A stretch of DNA of 53,782 nt, from positions 1 through 53,782 of the IMG/VR virus record IMGVR_UViG_3300020470_000010. The stretch is one strand, 5' to 3'. Shown here in pieces: positions 16,449-26,770 of the stretch. This DNA comes from a virus (Duplodnaviria > Caudoviricetes). The notes under the pieces were generated by a model. The model was not told the origin of the DNA. It searched no databases and was given only the letters and a program-made list of their open reading frames with translations. How positions within the stretch are numbered: the first letter of the stretch is position 1; each line of letters opens with the position of its first letter. The translations under genes and the position numbers were made by a program.

Positions 16449-19238
16449 ATGGCTACTTCGCTTCACGGTTTATACCAAGAGAAATTCGGCAGACCACCAG
16501 ACCCTAGTGGTTACGCCTATTGGTCAGACCAGATCAGCAAAGGAGCCAGCTTAGAGAGTGTTGCCACTTTATTCGACAATTCGGCAGAGGGGCAGAAACA
16601 CGCAAAAGTTAAAGCAGCAGTAGAGGCAACTGGAAAGACTTACAATCCTTCAACGTCGGGATGGGGTAAAGCCATGCATTCAGGCAACGTCACCGCAGAC
16701 GATGCCGTAGCAGCTATTCAGAAAGAGGCTAGTAACGCTAGCAATGCCAATACTGGGACGAGTAGTGGAAGCACTCTCACCGTTACTGGAAGTAGCAGTG
16801 ATGACAATGATACAGCAGCCGCAGCAGTTGTAGCTAGTGGTGATGCTGGAGATACTAACGTAGCTCTTACGGTTGATGATTCTGCGGATCTTTATAACAC
16901 AACTCTCACTAACGCCGTCACGGTTCTCAATGCGGGAGCTAATAATGTTACATCAGAACCACTACCTTTCTCAACTGCCTCTAGTACAGCAGCAGGGCAG
17001 ACAGACGAAGAATTTGTTAATGATTTATATATCAACATTCTAGGTAGAACCCAAGAAGAGACTGACGATGACCTAGCGGGACGCACCTACTGGATCAAAG
17101 ATATAGACAAGATGAGGAAGGCAGGTAAGAGTGAAGAAGATATTAAAAAATCCGTATTAAGTAATTTCAATATCAGCGGCGAAAAACAAGTTCATAATAT
17201 TTTGTACGGAGGAACAGATGATACTTCAGGAGACGGAACGACCTTAGGTGCTGCGATGCAGCATGAGTTGTCGATGGATCCAAGTACATTGCTAACTGCA
17301 GCTGACTTTACCAACGCTTTTGGTGATGCTTCGACTCTTTATGCAAGTGCTGGCAAGAACAACGAAAAAACATCAGAAGGTAATAAAGCATTAGCAAGTG
17401 TTATTCGTGGAACAGATCGTAATATCCTTGCTACGCATAATCCTGATAAATTAAAAGAATTAGATATTAAAGGCCTGAATGTTCTCTACGACAAGTATTT
17501 AAATAGGGAGGTTCGCGATGAAGGAATTGAGTATTGGATCGGCAGGTTAAATGCTGGAGATAGTTGGGAAAAAATTGAATCTGATATTGCTTCTTCGAAG
17601 CAGAAAGAAACTGCTATTGCTCAGAAGACTGGGGGTTACAATGAGACCTTCATGGTCGGTGATGCGACAGACGCTACTAAAGGCGATATTAATGTATTAC
17701 CTGGGGCTGATGATCGGATACAAGTCGGAGAATCTGCGGAAGACTATTCAACAAGATGGCATAACACCTATGGACAATATTATGACGACGATGGTAATTA
17801 CATAGAAGGGAGCTACACTCCACCTACTACAACAGATGTAGCTGCATGGGATGAGACGAAGCTTAATACGCTAATTGATAAATATAAATCAGCAGCTAAT
17901 AGAGACCCTGAACAGAGTGAAATTGACAAGTGGAAGGCGTGGGCGAAAAATGACGAGGATAAATTTAATTCTGCACTTAATGCTATTGGGTCTTATGACT
18001 TTACAGAACAAGAGTCAGATTACGATGCTATTTACCAAAAATACGAAGATGAGACAGGCTTTACAGCTGACGAAGCAACTAAAGCTAAATTAAAAAGTGC
18101 TTTAGCTTTAGGCCAAGTTTCCAACTATGGAAGCATGATGCAATCCTTAGAATCGACTGGAGATATTGCCGATACTTTAGGACCTCTGTATCTGAGTCAC
18201 GGCGGAGCGGCTATGACTCAAGCTAATTTGGAAAATTGGACTAAGAAGATTGCTTCTGGAGATACCACATTAGACGCCGCAGCAAAGGCTATCAGAAGTT
18301 TTGACTTCGACGAGCAGGATAAAGATGCTAATAGAGCTGCTCTTACGACCCTGTTAACGACGTATAGCACAGACGGTGGAACTCCTAGCGATGAATTACT
18401 AGACAAGTGGCAACATGCTTTAGGTTTTGATACAGCGACTCTTGGAGCAGGTGCAGTAGCTGGTTCCGACGGATTCGTTGCGAACATGGGGCAAGCAGAA
18501 GACACGATGAAAAAATGGTTCTTAGCCCAAGGAGGGACTGCAAGTGACGATACAACAGATACAACAGATACAACAGATACAACAGATACAACTACAACTG
18601 ATACAACGACTACAGACACAACTACTACGGATACAGTAACCACTGACACAAGTACTACAGATACTACAGACACCACCGATACAGATACAACAACAACAAC
18701 CAATACAGATACAACAGATACAACAGATACAACTACAACAGATACAACTACAACAGATACAACTACAACTACAACTGATACAGCCTTAGATTCTCTGCGT
18801 GAAGAAGTGACTTCATTGACTAAAAAGAATCAAGGTTTAACAGATTTATATAACGATGCTAATAAAGAGACTCAAGCTGCTTTGGATGACGCTGCAGATG
18901 CCAATATTCAAATCAGCGATTGGGAAGGTAAATACAACAAGTTAAAAGGTGACTACGAAGATCGTCTAGCAGAAGAAGCTTATAGCCCTGACAGAATGGC
19001 CGAGGAAGCAGAAAGAAAACGTATAGCTAGAGGTGGTGTCAGAGGTAACAGGTTTGACATCGATCCCGTTAATTTAGCTGCTGGAAGTTTTCAAAGCATT
19101 ACAGGTGCTGATGTGGTGGGACCTCAAACTAGCGGTTCCTATCACGAGGCTAGAAGCAGGGCATTAGCGAGAAGAGGAAATGCAGCAGGAGCTGCTACGG
19201 CTAGCAGTTACTACCAAGACAGGGGAACGTATGGCTAA
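16449..19238 (+). CDS. Large acidic protein with multiple DUF4214-like modules, a Thr/Asp tract and a coiled coil
   Basis: LYQEKFGRPPDPSGYAYW, FVNDLYINILGR...GRTYW, LYDKYLNREVRDEGIEYW plus weaker copies. Confidence 0.7.
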   Translation: MATSLHGLYQEKFGRPPDPSGYAYWSDQISKGASLESVATLFDNSAEGQKHAKVKAAVEATGKTYNPSTSGWGKAMHSGNVTADDAVAAIQKEASNASNANTGTSSGSTLTVTGSSSDDNDTAAAAVVASGDAGDTNVALTVDDSADLYNTTLTNAVTVLNAGANNVTSEPLPFSTASSTAAGQTDEEFVNDLYINILGRTQEETDDDLAGRTYWIKDIDKMRKAGKSEEDIKKSVLSNFNISGEKQVHNILYGGTDDTSGDGTTLGAAMQHELSMDPSTLLTAADFTNAFGDASTLYASAGKNNEKTSEGNKALASVIRGTDRNILATHNPDKLKELDIKGLNVLYDKYLNREVRDEGIEYWIGRLNAGDSWEKIESDIASSKQKETAIAQKTGGYNETFMVGDATDATKGDINVLPGADDRIQVGESAEDYSTRWHNTYGQYYDDDGNYIEGSYTPPTTTDVAAWDETKLNTLIDKYKSAANRDPEQSEIDKWKAWAKNDEDKFNSALNAIGSYDFTEQESDYDAIYQKYEDETGFTADEATKAKLKSALALGQVSNYGSMMQSLESTGDIADTLGPLYLSHGGAAMTQANLENWTKKIASGDTTLDAAAKAIRSFDFDEQDKDANRAALTTLLTTYSTDGGTPSDELLDKWQHALGFDTATLGAGAVAGSDGFVANMGQAEDTMKKWFLAQGGTASDDTTDTTDTTDTTDTTTTDTTTTDTTTTDTVTTDTSTTDTTDTTDTDTTTTTNTDTTDTTDTTTTDTTTTDTTTTTTDTALDSLREEVTSLTKKNQGLTDLYNDANKETQAALDDAADANIQISDWEGKYNKLKGDYEDRLAEEAYSPDRMAEEAERKRIARGGVRGNRFDIDPVNLAAGSFQSITGADVVGPQTSGSYHEARSRALARRGNAAGAATASSYYQDRGTYG
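18548..18785 (+). repeat. Imperfect 9/15-bp tandem repeats (gatacaaca) encoding a DTT(TT) tract
   Basis: Directly visible; about 78 codons almost only Thr and Asp. Confidence 0.9.
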
Positions 19239-20646
19239 AGGTTTAGGCTCTCTCGACAAGAATTTCGGCATGGGGTCGATGAGTCGAGGCTTAAAACCAC
19301 GTAGTCATGGATGGTATCCAACGAAAGGCTATGGAGCAGGTGTATATGGTGGAGCAGTTTTTCCTACTGTTATAGAAGCTTACAACAGCGAGTCTGATTA
19401 CAAACGTTGGAGGGCTGGGCAAGATTTTTATTTCAGTTCTGGAAGTAGTTGGGCTGATAGATCTATATATAGTCTTGCGAGATTCCCTCAAGGAGCTGTG
19501 GATGGACAGTCAAAAGATATTGTTACTTTATTTCCGAGTAAGAACAGCCCTGAAAGGGCATGGTATGTAGGTCAAAGAACCAGAGGTAGTATCATCCTCC
19601 CACAGCCTATTAGTAGTGGAACAATCACAATTAATGCGACTGATCCTGATCCTTCTACTCATACTTTGGTATGGAATGTCACAGGTATTCTTTCAGTTGC
19701 ACAGTTAGGTATTTTTAATATTTTTAAGGGCGATCAGTTTGAAAATACAGCGATTGGTACGAACTATCCAGATGATTTAGTAGAGAAAGACGCAGGAAGT
19801 GTTGCGTTGGTGTTAACAGATGTCTCGACGTCAAGCATGACTTTGACATTTGATTTATCTCGTCCTCAAGGTCGAATAGCTAGGGGAGAACGGATTTATT
19901 GGAAAAAGCTTGTATATGATCCTTCAGAACCAACACGATACGCATGGGATCCAACATCCAATCGTCACTTGTGTTCGAGCTTTAAATTCTTTTGTTGCTG
20001 TCCAGATCATCTGGGTGGTGCATTAGCTAACTTGGAATATCCAGAAGGTGATGCTGGGATGGATGAATTTCCATTACCTAATACAGCGAGAACTGTTCGA
20101 TCTGCTTGGGAAAAACAAGGGGTTGGCTATTACAGGCAGTGGAGAAGTCTGCCTTTCCGTATTGACGAAAGAAGGGAATGCAAGCACATTCATGCGATGA
20201 GGTGGGCATGTGGATGTCCTTGGCATGAACCTGATGATTACATGATTGAGACAGACCAAGATGTTGACCAGTTCGGTTTCATCGGAAGGGAAGAAGGCAT
20301 GTCGGAAGAGGACTATGAGGAGTATCAAATGTTGAGAGAATTGAATAAAGATAGATATATTCTTTCTTTGGCTGAAGTTGTTGGTATAGAGCTATTTCCT
20401 CCTTCTGATGTTCGAGATGGGATTAGAACAGATTCACGTCCCATGCTATGGAACGATACTTTAGAGCCTGACCCAGCTTGGTGTCGTCAAAACGATTGGT
20501 GGTGTCGTAGAGGTACTTCAGAAATTAAAATCTTCAACACATCGGCAAACAAGTTCGAGTCAATTATTACTGCTGGGGGGATTGAGTACCCGATGATAGA
20601 AGAAGTGGAAGAAGGAGCTGCAGGATCGCCTAAAATAGTTCCATAA
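19231..20646 (+). CDS. Protein with SWIM-type zinc finger
   Basis: FFCCCPDH ... ECKHIHAM; likely start ATG 19231. Confidence 0.6.
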   Translation: MAKGLGSLDKNFGMGSMSRGLKPRSHGWYPTKGYGAGVYGGAVFPTVIEAYNSESDYKRWRAGQDFYFSSGSSWADRSIYSLARFPQGAVDGQSKDIVTLFPSKNSPERAWYVGQRTRGSIILPQPISSGTITINATDPDPSTHTLVWNVTGILSVAQLGIFNIFKGDQFENTAIGTNYPDDLVEKDAGSVALVLTDVSTSSMTLTFDLSRPQGRIARGERIYWKKLVYDPSEPTRYAWDPTSNRHLCSSFKFFCCCPDHLGGALANLEYPEGDAGMDEFPLPNTARTVRSAWEKQGVGYYRQWRSLPFRIDERRECKHIHAMRWACGCPWHEPDDYMIETDQDVDQFGFIGREEGMSEEDYEEYQMLRELNKDRYILSLAEVVGIELFPPSDVRDGIRTDSRPMLWNDTLEPDPAWCRQNDWWCRRGTSEIKIFNTSANKFESIITAGGIEYPMIEEVEEGAAGSPKIVP

Positions 20647-20664
20647 GGCGAATACAATACATAC

Positions 20665-21201
20665 ATGGCGTCTTACCCTAATAACTTCGGCGGAATCATT
20701 TCCGCAATCAATGCTTGTATAGCAACAGCAGGAGGTACTGTGACAAGTTATCCCAACAATACTGGAGGTATTATTCAAGCTTTAATAGCTTTAAATGGAG
20801 CATTAGGAGGATTGGGCGGAGGCTCTGCTGTAATGATGGAGCTTGAAGCAGCTCAAGGGTTAGATAAAGGTGATGTCGTTTATATAGATTCCGATGGTAA
20901 AGTAGCTAAAGCTAATCATGCGTCTTCTACGCGAGACGGTGCTACTGTTGCTGGAATGATTCAAGAAGATGTTGCTTCTGGCTCTCAAGCAAAAATGGTT
21001 GTCGTAGGAAAAGTAGATATTACAGGGTGGGGACAAAGCCCAACAGCTCTAACTCCTGGGGCAAGATACTTCTTGAACGGTAATGGATTGATTTCCGTTA
21101 CGCCTCCTTCTGGATCTGGGGAATACCTAGTGTTAGTAGGAGAAGCATTAGATGAAACGACTATTGCTTTAAATATTGATGTTCCTGTACTTCTGAGCTG
21201 A
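20665..21201 (+). CDS. Virion structural protein (cement/fibre-base-like)
   Basis: Duplicated SYPNNxGGII motif; GDVVYI, LTPGARYFL, YLVLVGEA patterns. Confidence 0.55.
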   Translation: MASYPNNFGGIISAINACIATAGGTVTSYPNNTGGIIQALIALNGALGGLGGGSAVMMELEAAQGLDKGDVVYIDSDGKVAKANHASSTRDGATVAGMIQEDVASGSQAKMVVVGKVDITGWGQSPTALTPGARYFLNGNGLISVTPPSGSGEYLVLVGEALDETTIALNIDVPVLLS

Positions 21202-21824
21202 TGGCAGATCGTAAACCCATTGTCTATGTTGACGGTTATCCACAAGAGTTAGCCGTTGGAGACAGATTAGACGGAGTTGGAGCCGTTACGGTCTCAGGGA
21301 CTCAACCAAGTACAGCCACTACTGGTGATTTGTGGCTGAATTCAACGACCAATATACTAAGTGTTTATGATGGTTCCGCTTGGTCGGAGCCTCTTGAATC
21401 TTTATCGGTAGCATCTAAAGGTAATGCAGCACCTAGTAATCCGGTAGATGGACAACTTTGGTTTAATACAGACAACGAGATGTTGTTTGTATATGACGGC
21501 ACTGCTTGGAAAAGTTCAGAATCAACTACATATGTAAACGCTAGTGCTCCTACTACAGCGGTTGAAGGAGAATTTTGGTGGGATATCACAAACCTTAGAC
21601 TGAAAATCAGACTTAGCGGTAGCTGGGTATCTATAGCACCTAGATATTACAGCCAAGCATCGGCTCCCAGTTCAGGAATGGAAGCAGGGGATTGGTGGTA
21701 TAACTCAACTACTGGAGCCTTTAGTATGTATGTAGCAGGATCCGTCAATGCTTGGACCCTCGTTAGCAGCGGGGGTGGTGGAGGTGGAGGTGGCTCTATT
21801 AATGACATCTTGGCGTTTGGTTAA
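21201..21824 (+). CDS. Tail fibre-type repeat protein
   Basis: Four P...G(D/Q/E)xW(F/W)...L.VY.G..W repeats. Confidence 0.7.
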   Translation: MADRKPIVYVDGYPQELAVGDRLDGVGAVTVSGTQPSTATTGDLWLNSTTNILSVYDGSAWSEPLESLSVASKGNAAPSNPVDGQLWFNTDNEMLFVYDGTAWKSSESTTYVNASAPTTAVEGEFWWDITNLRLKIRLSGSWVSIAPRYYSQASAPSSGMEAGDWWYNSTTGAFSMYVAGSVNAWTLVSSGGGGGGGGSINDILAFG

Positions 21825-22186
21825 TGGCAACATTTAAAAGCACTATTCAGGAGTTTGGTACGACTAGCTATCCTGCTGGTACGACCAATTGCTATACAAC
21901 GCCTGCATCTAAGGCATCTGTTATTGTTGGCATTTCGATCACTAATAAAAGTGCTTTTGAACTGCCAATGGATGTCTGGATTCAAAGAGATAGTACTAAG
22001 CATTACCTAGCCAAGAGCCTTTATGTTCCAGCAGGTAAGGCTGTGACTCTTTCTAATGCAGAAAGAATCGTACTTGAATCCGATGGAACCATCCATGACA
22101 CAGTAAACGCAGATGCACCAACCGTGGACGGTAGTTCTACAAAGACTTTTTCTTGCTGGCTTTCTATCTACGAGGACGTTAACTGA
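21824..22186 (+). CDS. Small tail-associated structural protein
   Basis: YTTPAS..SVIVGISITN...IVLE pattern common in cyanophage structural proteins. Confidence 0.6.
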   Translation: MATFKSTIQEFGTTSYPAGTTNCYTTPASKASVIVGISITNKSAFELPMDVWIQRDSTKHYLAKSLYVPAGKAVTLSNAERIVLESDGTIHDTVNADAPTVDGSSTKTFSCWLSIYEDVN

Positions 22187-22479
22187 TGAGTAAAATTCAA
22201 CTAGTCAGAGAAGCGACTGAATCGCACGAAGCTCAGTTAGGCTCTTTAAATGACTTGCCAGAACCGTCGGGTAAAATTGGTTATGGTATTAAATTTGATA
22301 TAGCTACTGGAGCCTTTGACGTTGTAAGACACAATGATAATGCGGGAGAATTTATTAAACTCAAGGACGATCTTATACTTAATAATGACGACTATGTTCA
22401 GGTTGTTTGGTCAGACAAGCTTTTAGAGTTTGATTGGAACACGACCTACCCAGGACATTTACAAGTAAAGATCGTTTAA
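22186..22479 (+). CDS. Hypothetical structural protein
   Basis: 97 aa, translationally coupled, ends GHLQVKIV. Confidence 0.5.
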   Translation: MSKIQLVREATESHEAQLGSLNDLPEPSGKIGYGIKFDIATGAFDVVRHNDNAGEFIKLKDDLILNNDDYVQVVWSDKLLEFDWNTTYPGHLQVKIV

Positions 22480-22485
22480 GTATTC

Positions 22486-23946
22486 ATGAGCACTATTCTT
22501 GATCTCGGTAAATTAAGATTTCTCTTTAGAGGAGTTTATGCGAACGGGACCGCATATGAAACGAATGATGTCGTCACATACGGTGGTAACACATACGTTT
22601 ATATAAATAACACAGCAACATCAGGCAATGTTCCAACCAATGCGACCTACTGGTCGAAGATGGTTGACGGACTAAGTGCTCAGGCTGGAAGCTATAACAA
22701 CTCTGCGACATATCAAGCTAATGACCTTGTAAAAGTTAGTGGTATTGTCTACAGAGCTCTGCAAACCACTACGGGCAATGTTCCACCTAATGCGACTTAT
22801 TGGGAAGTATTTGTAGAAGGATTCAAATATACCGGTGATTGGAGTAATTCTGTTCAGTATTACGTTAACGATATTGCAGTTCTTAATGGTATTAACTATA
22901 TAGCAACTGCAAACAACACAGCAAGTGAGCCACCTAGTGGTAATTGGGCTGTATTCGCCGCAGGTTTCCAAGATAAAGGAGATTGGGATTCTGCTACTGA
23001 TTACGAGGTGAATGACCTTGTTACTTTGAATGGTGTTATATATCGTTGTAAGGCTGACTCAACCAATAATGAACCACCGAACGCAACTTATTGGGTAGTC
23101 TTTGCTAAAGGTTTTAATCACACTGGTGCTTACAACGCAGCAACTGCGTATAAGATTAATGATTTAGTAGAAGTTAGCGGTAGAACATATAGATGTACGG
23201 CAGCGAGCACAGGTAATGAGCCACCTCATGCCAACTTCTCTGTATTCGTTGACGGTTATAAGCATAAAGGAGATTACGATGCAGCGACGGCTTATAAAAT
23301 TAACGACATTGTTGTGGTTAATGGTGTTACATATAGATGCACCGCAGCAAGCACAGGTAACGAGCCTCCTCACGCAAGCTTCGAAGAATACATTGTAGGT
23401 TTCGAACTGAAAGGTGCGTGGTCAAATAGTGTCGCTTATAAGCTGAACGACCTAGTTTCTCATGGTGGAAATCTTTACAGAGCTAAAGTTGCTCATACAG
23501 GATCAGAGCCTCCTAATGGAACTAACTGGGAGTCTTACATAGAAGGATACAATCGTCGTACTGATAACCAAGGACTTTGGGCTACAAGTACTGATTACAA
23601 CGTGAACGATACTGTTTCACACTTGAACCATACATATCAGTGTATTTCAGATCACACATCGACCAGTGATTTCTATACTGATTTCGTTACTAGTTCTAAT
23701 TGGGTCAGATTAACTGCAGGATTAAAAAATAGAGGCGGTTATTCAAACGGTGTATCTTATTTCGTAAACGATATCACAACTGTTGGATCAGCTCCAAATA
23801 TGGAGATGTATATAAATCTGTACGACCATGTATCTAGTGGTGCAACACCAACTAATGATGGTAGTAACTGGACGAAAATACAAGATGGGCAGGTAACTGC
23901 TGGTGCAACTATCAATCAATTTGCTTATTTTGTAGGCGTTCAATAA
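22486..23946 (+). CDS. Tail fibre with ~9 tandem CBM5/12-like (chitin-binding type 3) repeats
   Basis: ~49-aa units G.(W/Y)....Y..ND.V...G..Y.......PP....W; LDLGKLRF N-terminus. Confidence 0.75.
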   Translation: MSTILDLGKLRFLFRGVYANGTAYETNDVVTYGGNTYVYINNTATSGNVPTNATYWSKMVDGLSAQAGSYNNSATYQANDLVKVSGIVYRALQTTTGNVPPNATYWEVFVEGFKYTGDWSNSVQYYVNDIAVLNGINYIATANNTASEPPSGNWAVFAAGFQDKGDWDSATDYEVNDLVTLNGVIYRCKADSTNNEPPNATYWVVFAKGFNHTGAYNAATAYKINDLVEVSGRTYRCTAASTGNEPPHANFSVFVDGYKHKGDYDAATAYKINDIVVVNGVTYRCTAASTGNEPPHASFEEYIVGFELKGAWSNSVAYKLNDLVSHGGNLYRAKVAHTGSEPPNGTNWESYIEGYNRRTDNQGLWATSTDYNVNDTVSHLNHTYQCISDHTSTSDFYTDFVTSSNWVRLTAGLKNRGGYSNGVSYFVNDITTVGSAPNMEMYINLYDHVSSGATPTNDGSNWTKIQDGQVTAGATINQFAYFVGVQ

Positions 23947-24111
23947 GTGTTATTCAAGAAAAGAAAATTTAAAGAGGCCGAGAAAGATAAAAAGACAGCC
24001 TCTCATGGATCCACTGTCGACAGGAAAAATACGGTAAATTCTAGGAATCATTTGCAAAACAAAAACAAACTAAGGAAGACGAGAGACATGATGGGTGACT
24101 TTGGTTATTAG
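23947..24111 (+). CDS. Small basic hypothetical protein (54 aa, not in ORF track)
   Basis: GTG immediately after the upstream stop; open to TAG 24111. Confidence 0.35.
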   Translation: MLFKKRKFKEAEKDKKTASHGSTVDRKNTVNSRNHLQNKNKLRKTRDMMGDFGY

Positions 24112-24180
24112 TCGTTATTAAATACCATCTATACTTAGGAGACGAGGCAAAAGCCTACTATCCCTTAATGACGACGAAGC

Positions 24181-24519
24181 ATGGCATCTGGTATTAAAGG
24201 TCTGTTAAAACCAGGAGCTGGTAACCTTGATTTATCGGCTACTTACAAGCTTGTAGAAGCAACCACCACTACAACTGTTATTGTTTCAGCCTGCAATCAA
24301 GCCGCAGCGGCTGACACAATACGAATTGCTTTAATTCCAGCCAGTACAACTGCTACTTCTGGAGCGGCAAGTACAAACAATTATCTCGAGTATGATTATT
24401 CTTTAGGAGCTAATTCAGCGCTAGAGAGAACTGGAATTGTTCTAGAGACAAACGCACGGATAATGGTTAGCAGTGCAGGAGGTAATGTCTCCTTTGCTTG
24501 TTATGGACTTGAGTCCTAA
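24181..24519 (+). CDS. Small tail-associated structural protein
   Basis: YLEYD......LERTGIVL...VSFACYGLE motif. Confidence 0.65.
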   Translation: MASGIKGLLKPGAGNLDLSATYKLVEATTTTTVIVSACNQAAAADTIRIALIPASTTATSGAASTNNYLEYDYSLGANSALERTGIVLETNARIMVSSAGGNVSFACYGLES

Positions 24520-24552
24520 TTCATTTACATAACTACTAGGAGGTAGAAACTA

Positions 24553-25914
24553 ATGGGAAGGAAACTCAGCTTCACAGGAATAGCAGCCGGAGGCGGCGGA
24601 GGCGGCGGCGGAGGCGGCGGCACTGGCACGTTTGGTACTGTTTACGATGAAGCCTCATTCACGGGAGGCGGAGGCGGTTGGAATTGTGGCTCTTCATATT
24701 CATCTATGGGAAGGCAATATGGTGGATTAAAAGGGAATCAGTATTACTTTGCGTGGATGAGAGAGAACAGTAGTGCAAACGGCACGGATCAACACATCCG
24801 CATGTTCTCCGTTAACAGAAGTACTGGAGCTATCACAGATCAAGGTAGTACTTCTGCGTGGGGTCACAATAATGGTAATGCTGTATCAACTACTTGGTAC
24901 ACTGTCGTAGAAGGATCTGGTTCTTGCGTAAGTGGAGGTAATAACGCTTGGCCCGGGAATAGCAGTCATGTATTTGGATTTGACTATTGGCAAGTTTATA
25001 ACGGTAATGTGAACGGAGGTGGAACTAGCTCTCAAGATAGTCATAACGGTAATGGAACATATAACGGATTATGTAGCAATAGTGATTCTATAGGTCGTAA
25101 TTTTATTTGTGGTTATTACCAAGGAAATAATCCTTGGGGACACAGTAATAGAGGTGCTTACAGAAAATGGGACTCCGCCTCTGGGGCTGGAAACCAACCA
25201 AGTGTAGGAGGACGAAATTGGCCGTCTAATCCTCACACGTCTACAATTTACCCAGGCCACCTTTATCCACAAGCTTCTAATAATACCAGTTACGGTACTG
25301 TTCGCCAAGGTAATAGTGGACTAGCTTCAGTAGGGTGTTTTCCTATAGGGGGTTCGGGTACATATGCTTGGTACACGCAAGATGGAAGTGGTAACGTAAC
25401 TGATCAATTCGGTGGCACAGGAGAAAATGGAACTCCACATGGGTTTCAAATGCAAGATGGTAGTGTTATATGGAAAAAAAGTAGCAACGCCGCATACTGG
25501 TATCAAAGCAACAGCTATACCAGTCACACACAACTAGATACAGGAAGCACTGCTTATGGTGCTCAGGATCCATGTGAACGGAATCAATATAGTTACTGCT
25601 GGGCTGGTTTATCGGGAGATTATTGGCTAACAGGTTTCAAGCCAAGCTCTGCACTTAGTTGGGGTATACCTCTGCAGATTGTAAAAATCACAGGAGGCAA
25701 TAAAGCTAATGGTGGTGGAAGTGAACGTAAACATACATTTACTCCTGATTACTCTGTTTACGCCACAGCAGCCGATTATAATCAGATGATATGCCCTTTA
25801 TGGGAAAACACCACAGATGCTTATCCTAAGAAGCTAGTCTATATGGCTCGTACTGGAAACTCTGGAAGAGTCGTAGTTAGTGATATGCCTGATAGTTCTG
25901 ATTGGGCGACTTAG
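24553..25914 (+). CDS. Putative receptor-binding/fibre tip protein
   Basis: GGAGG RBS, N-terminal poly-Gly linker, G/S/N/W/Y-rich beta domain, followed by a chaperone gene. Confidence 0.6.
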   Translation: MGRKLSFTGIAAGGGGGGGGGGGTGTFGTVYDEASFTGGGGGWNCGSSYSSMGRQYGGLKGNQYYFAWMRENSSANGTDQHIRMFSVNRSTGAITDQGSTSAWGHNNGNAVSTTWYTVVEGSGSCVSGGNNAWPGNSSHVFGFDYWQVYNGNVNGGGTSSQDSHNGNGTYNGLCSNSDSIGRNFICGYYQGNNPWGHSNRGAYRKWDSASGAGNQPSVGGRNWPSNPHTSTIYPGHLYPQASNNTSYGTVRQGNSGLASVGCFPIGGSGTYAWYTQDGSGNVTDQFGGTGENGTPHGFQMQDGSVIWKKSSNAAYWYQSNSYTSHTQLDTGSTAYGAQDPCERNQYSYCWAGLSGDYWLTGFKPSSALSWGIPLQIVKITGGNKANGGGSERKHTFTPDYSVYATAADYNQMICPLWENTTDAYPKKLVYMARTGNSGRVVVSDMPDSSDWAT

Positions 25915-25937
25915 AATAAATATTATCAGTAAATACT

Positions 25938-26306
25938 ATGCCTTACGCTGACATTGCTGCATTAAGAGCAGCTAGGAACACTAAACTTGCAGAGTCTGAC
26001 GCTTGGATGTTACCAGACAGCCCTAGAAAGGGATTGGAGAGTATCTCTGATACACATTTTGAAGCCTATAGATTAGAACTTAGGGAAGCCCCCGAGAAAG
26101 CTGTAGATAGTGAGGGGAACTTCGATACGAGTTACGAATTACCAGATCCTCCAAGTCAAGGTGGTGATGGTAATTTACAGACTTATAGTGCTTCAAAAGC
26201 TTATGTCTATGGGGAGTGGGTTTCTGACGGTACGGATGAGTACATTTGCCAGAAAGACGGCACAGGTAAAGCATTGACTGATACGGAATACTGGACTAAG
26301 CAGTAG
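25938..26306 (+). CDS. Tail fibre assembly chaperone with C-terminal CBM-like repeat
   Basis: LRAARNTKLAESD...PDSP...YRLELREAP; then YSASKAYVYGEWV...Y.C...YW. Confidence 0.75.
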   Translation: MPYADIAALRAARNTKLAESDAWMLPDSPRKGLESISDTHFEAYRLELREAPEKAVDSEGNFDTSYELPDPPSQGGDGNLQTYSASKAYVYGEWVSDGTDEYICQKDGTGKALTDTEYWTKQ

Positions 26307-26342
26307 AAGCAGGTAAGCTAATAAGGCTGTAATAATAGCCTT

Positions 26343-26573
26343 ATGTCTGATCAAGCAACTTTTGGCACAAAGGAATGGGTTCAGGAGAACCAAAATCGTG
26401 CTGATTATATGAATTTTTTATATGATCATTTCGACAGAGATCATGCTCCTATAGGTTTAAGGCATACCTTTACAGGACTTGCTAAATTACGTGCAGAAGA
26501 ATTAGGTAGACCCTTGATGGATGCTGAGATTAAAGTATGGGATAAGTTGGATCATACTGTAGGTGCAAATTAG
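26343..26573 (+). CDS. Hypothetical protein
   Basis: 76-aa ORF. Confidence 0.5.
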   Translation: MSDQATFGTKEWVQENQNRADYMNFLYDHFDRDHAPIGLRHTFTGLAKLRAEELGRPLMDAEIKVWDKLDHTVGAN

Positions 26574-26754
26574 TAGTCCTTCTCAGGAACTAAATTCTAT
26601 CGTGGCGACACGAGATTTCCTTTTAAGACTCACTGATACTAAGGAGTCTCCGAGAATCCCTGGCGAAGTTAGAAGAGAGGCTAGAGCTTTGTTACGTCAT
26701 TATCCTCCTGTCTATCGGTTGAAACCGTTGCTGGAAGAGGCATTATATAAATAA
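26563..26754 (+). CDS. Small conserved phage protein (BPSL0761-like)
   Basis: TRDFLLRL...PRIPGEVRREARALLRHYP. Confidence 0.55.
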   Translation: MQISSPSQELNSIVATRDFLLRLTDTKESPRIPGEVRREARALLRHYPPVYRLKPLLEEALYK

Positions 26755-26770
26755 CAACTACAATAAGTAG

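Noticed and set aside
18218-18703. Val/Ser-rich minus-strand ORF resembling a membrane protein
   Set aside because: Antisense shadow of the Thr/Asp repeat tract
18548-18785. CRISPR-like array
   Set aside because: Short in-frame coding repeats without unique spacers; no cas genes (the PD-(D/E)XK nuclease is a stand-alone phage exonuclease)
22486-25914. Diversity-generating retroelement acting on fibre genes
   Set aside because: No reverse transcriptase in the window, and repeat differences are synonymous rather than adenine-specific
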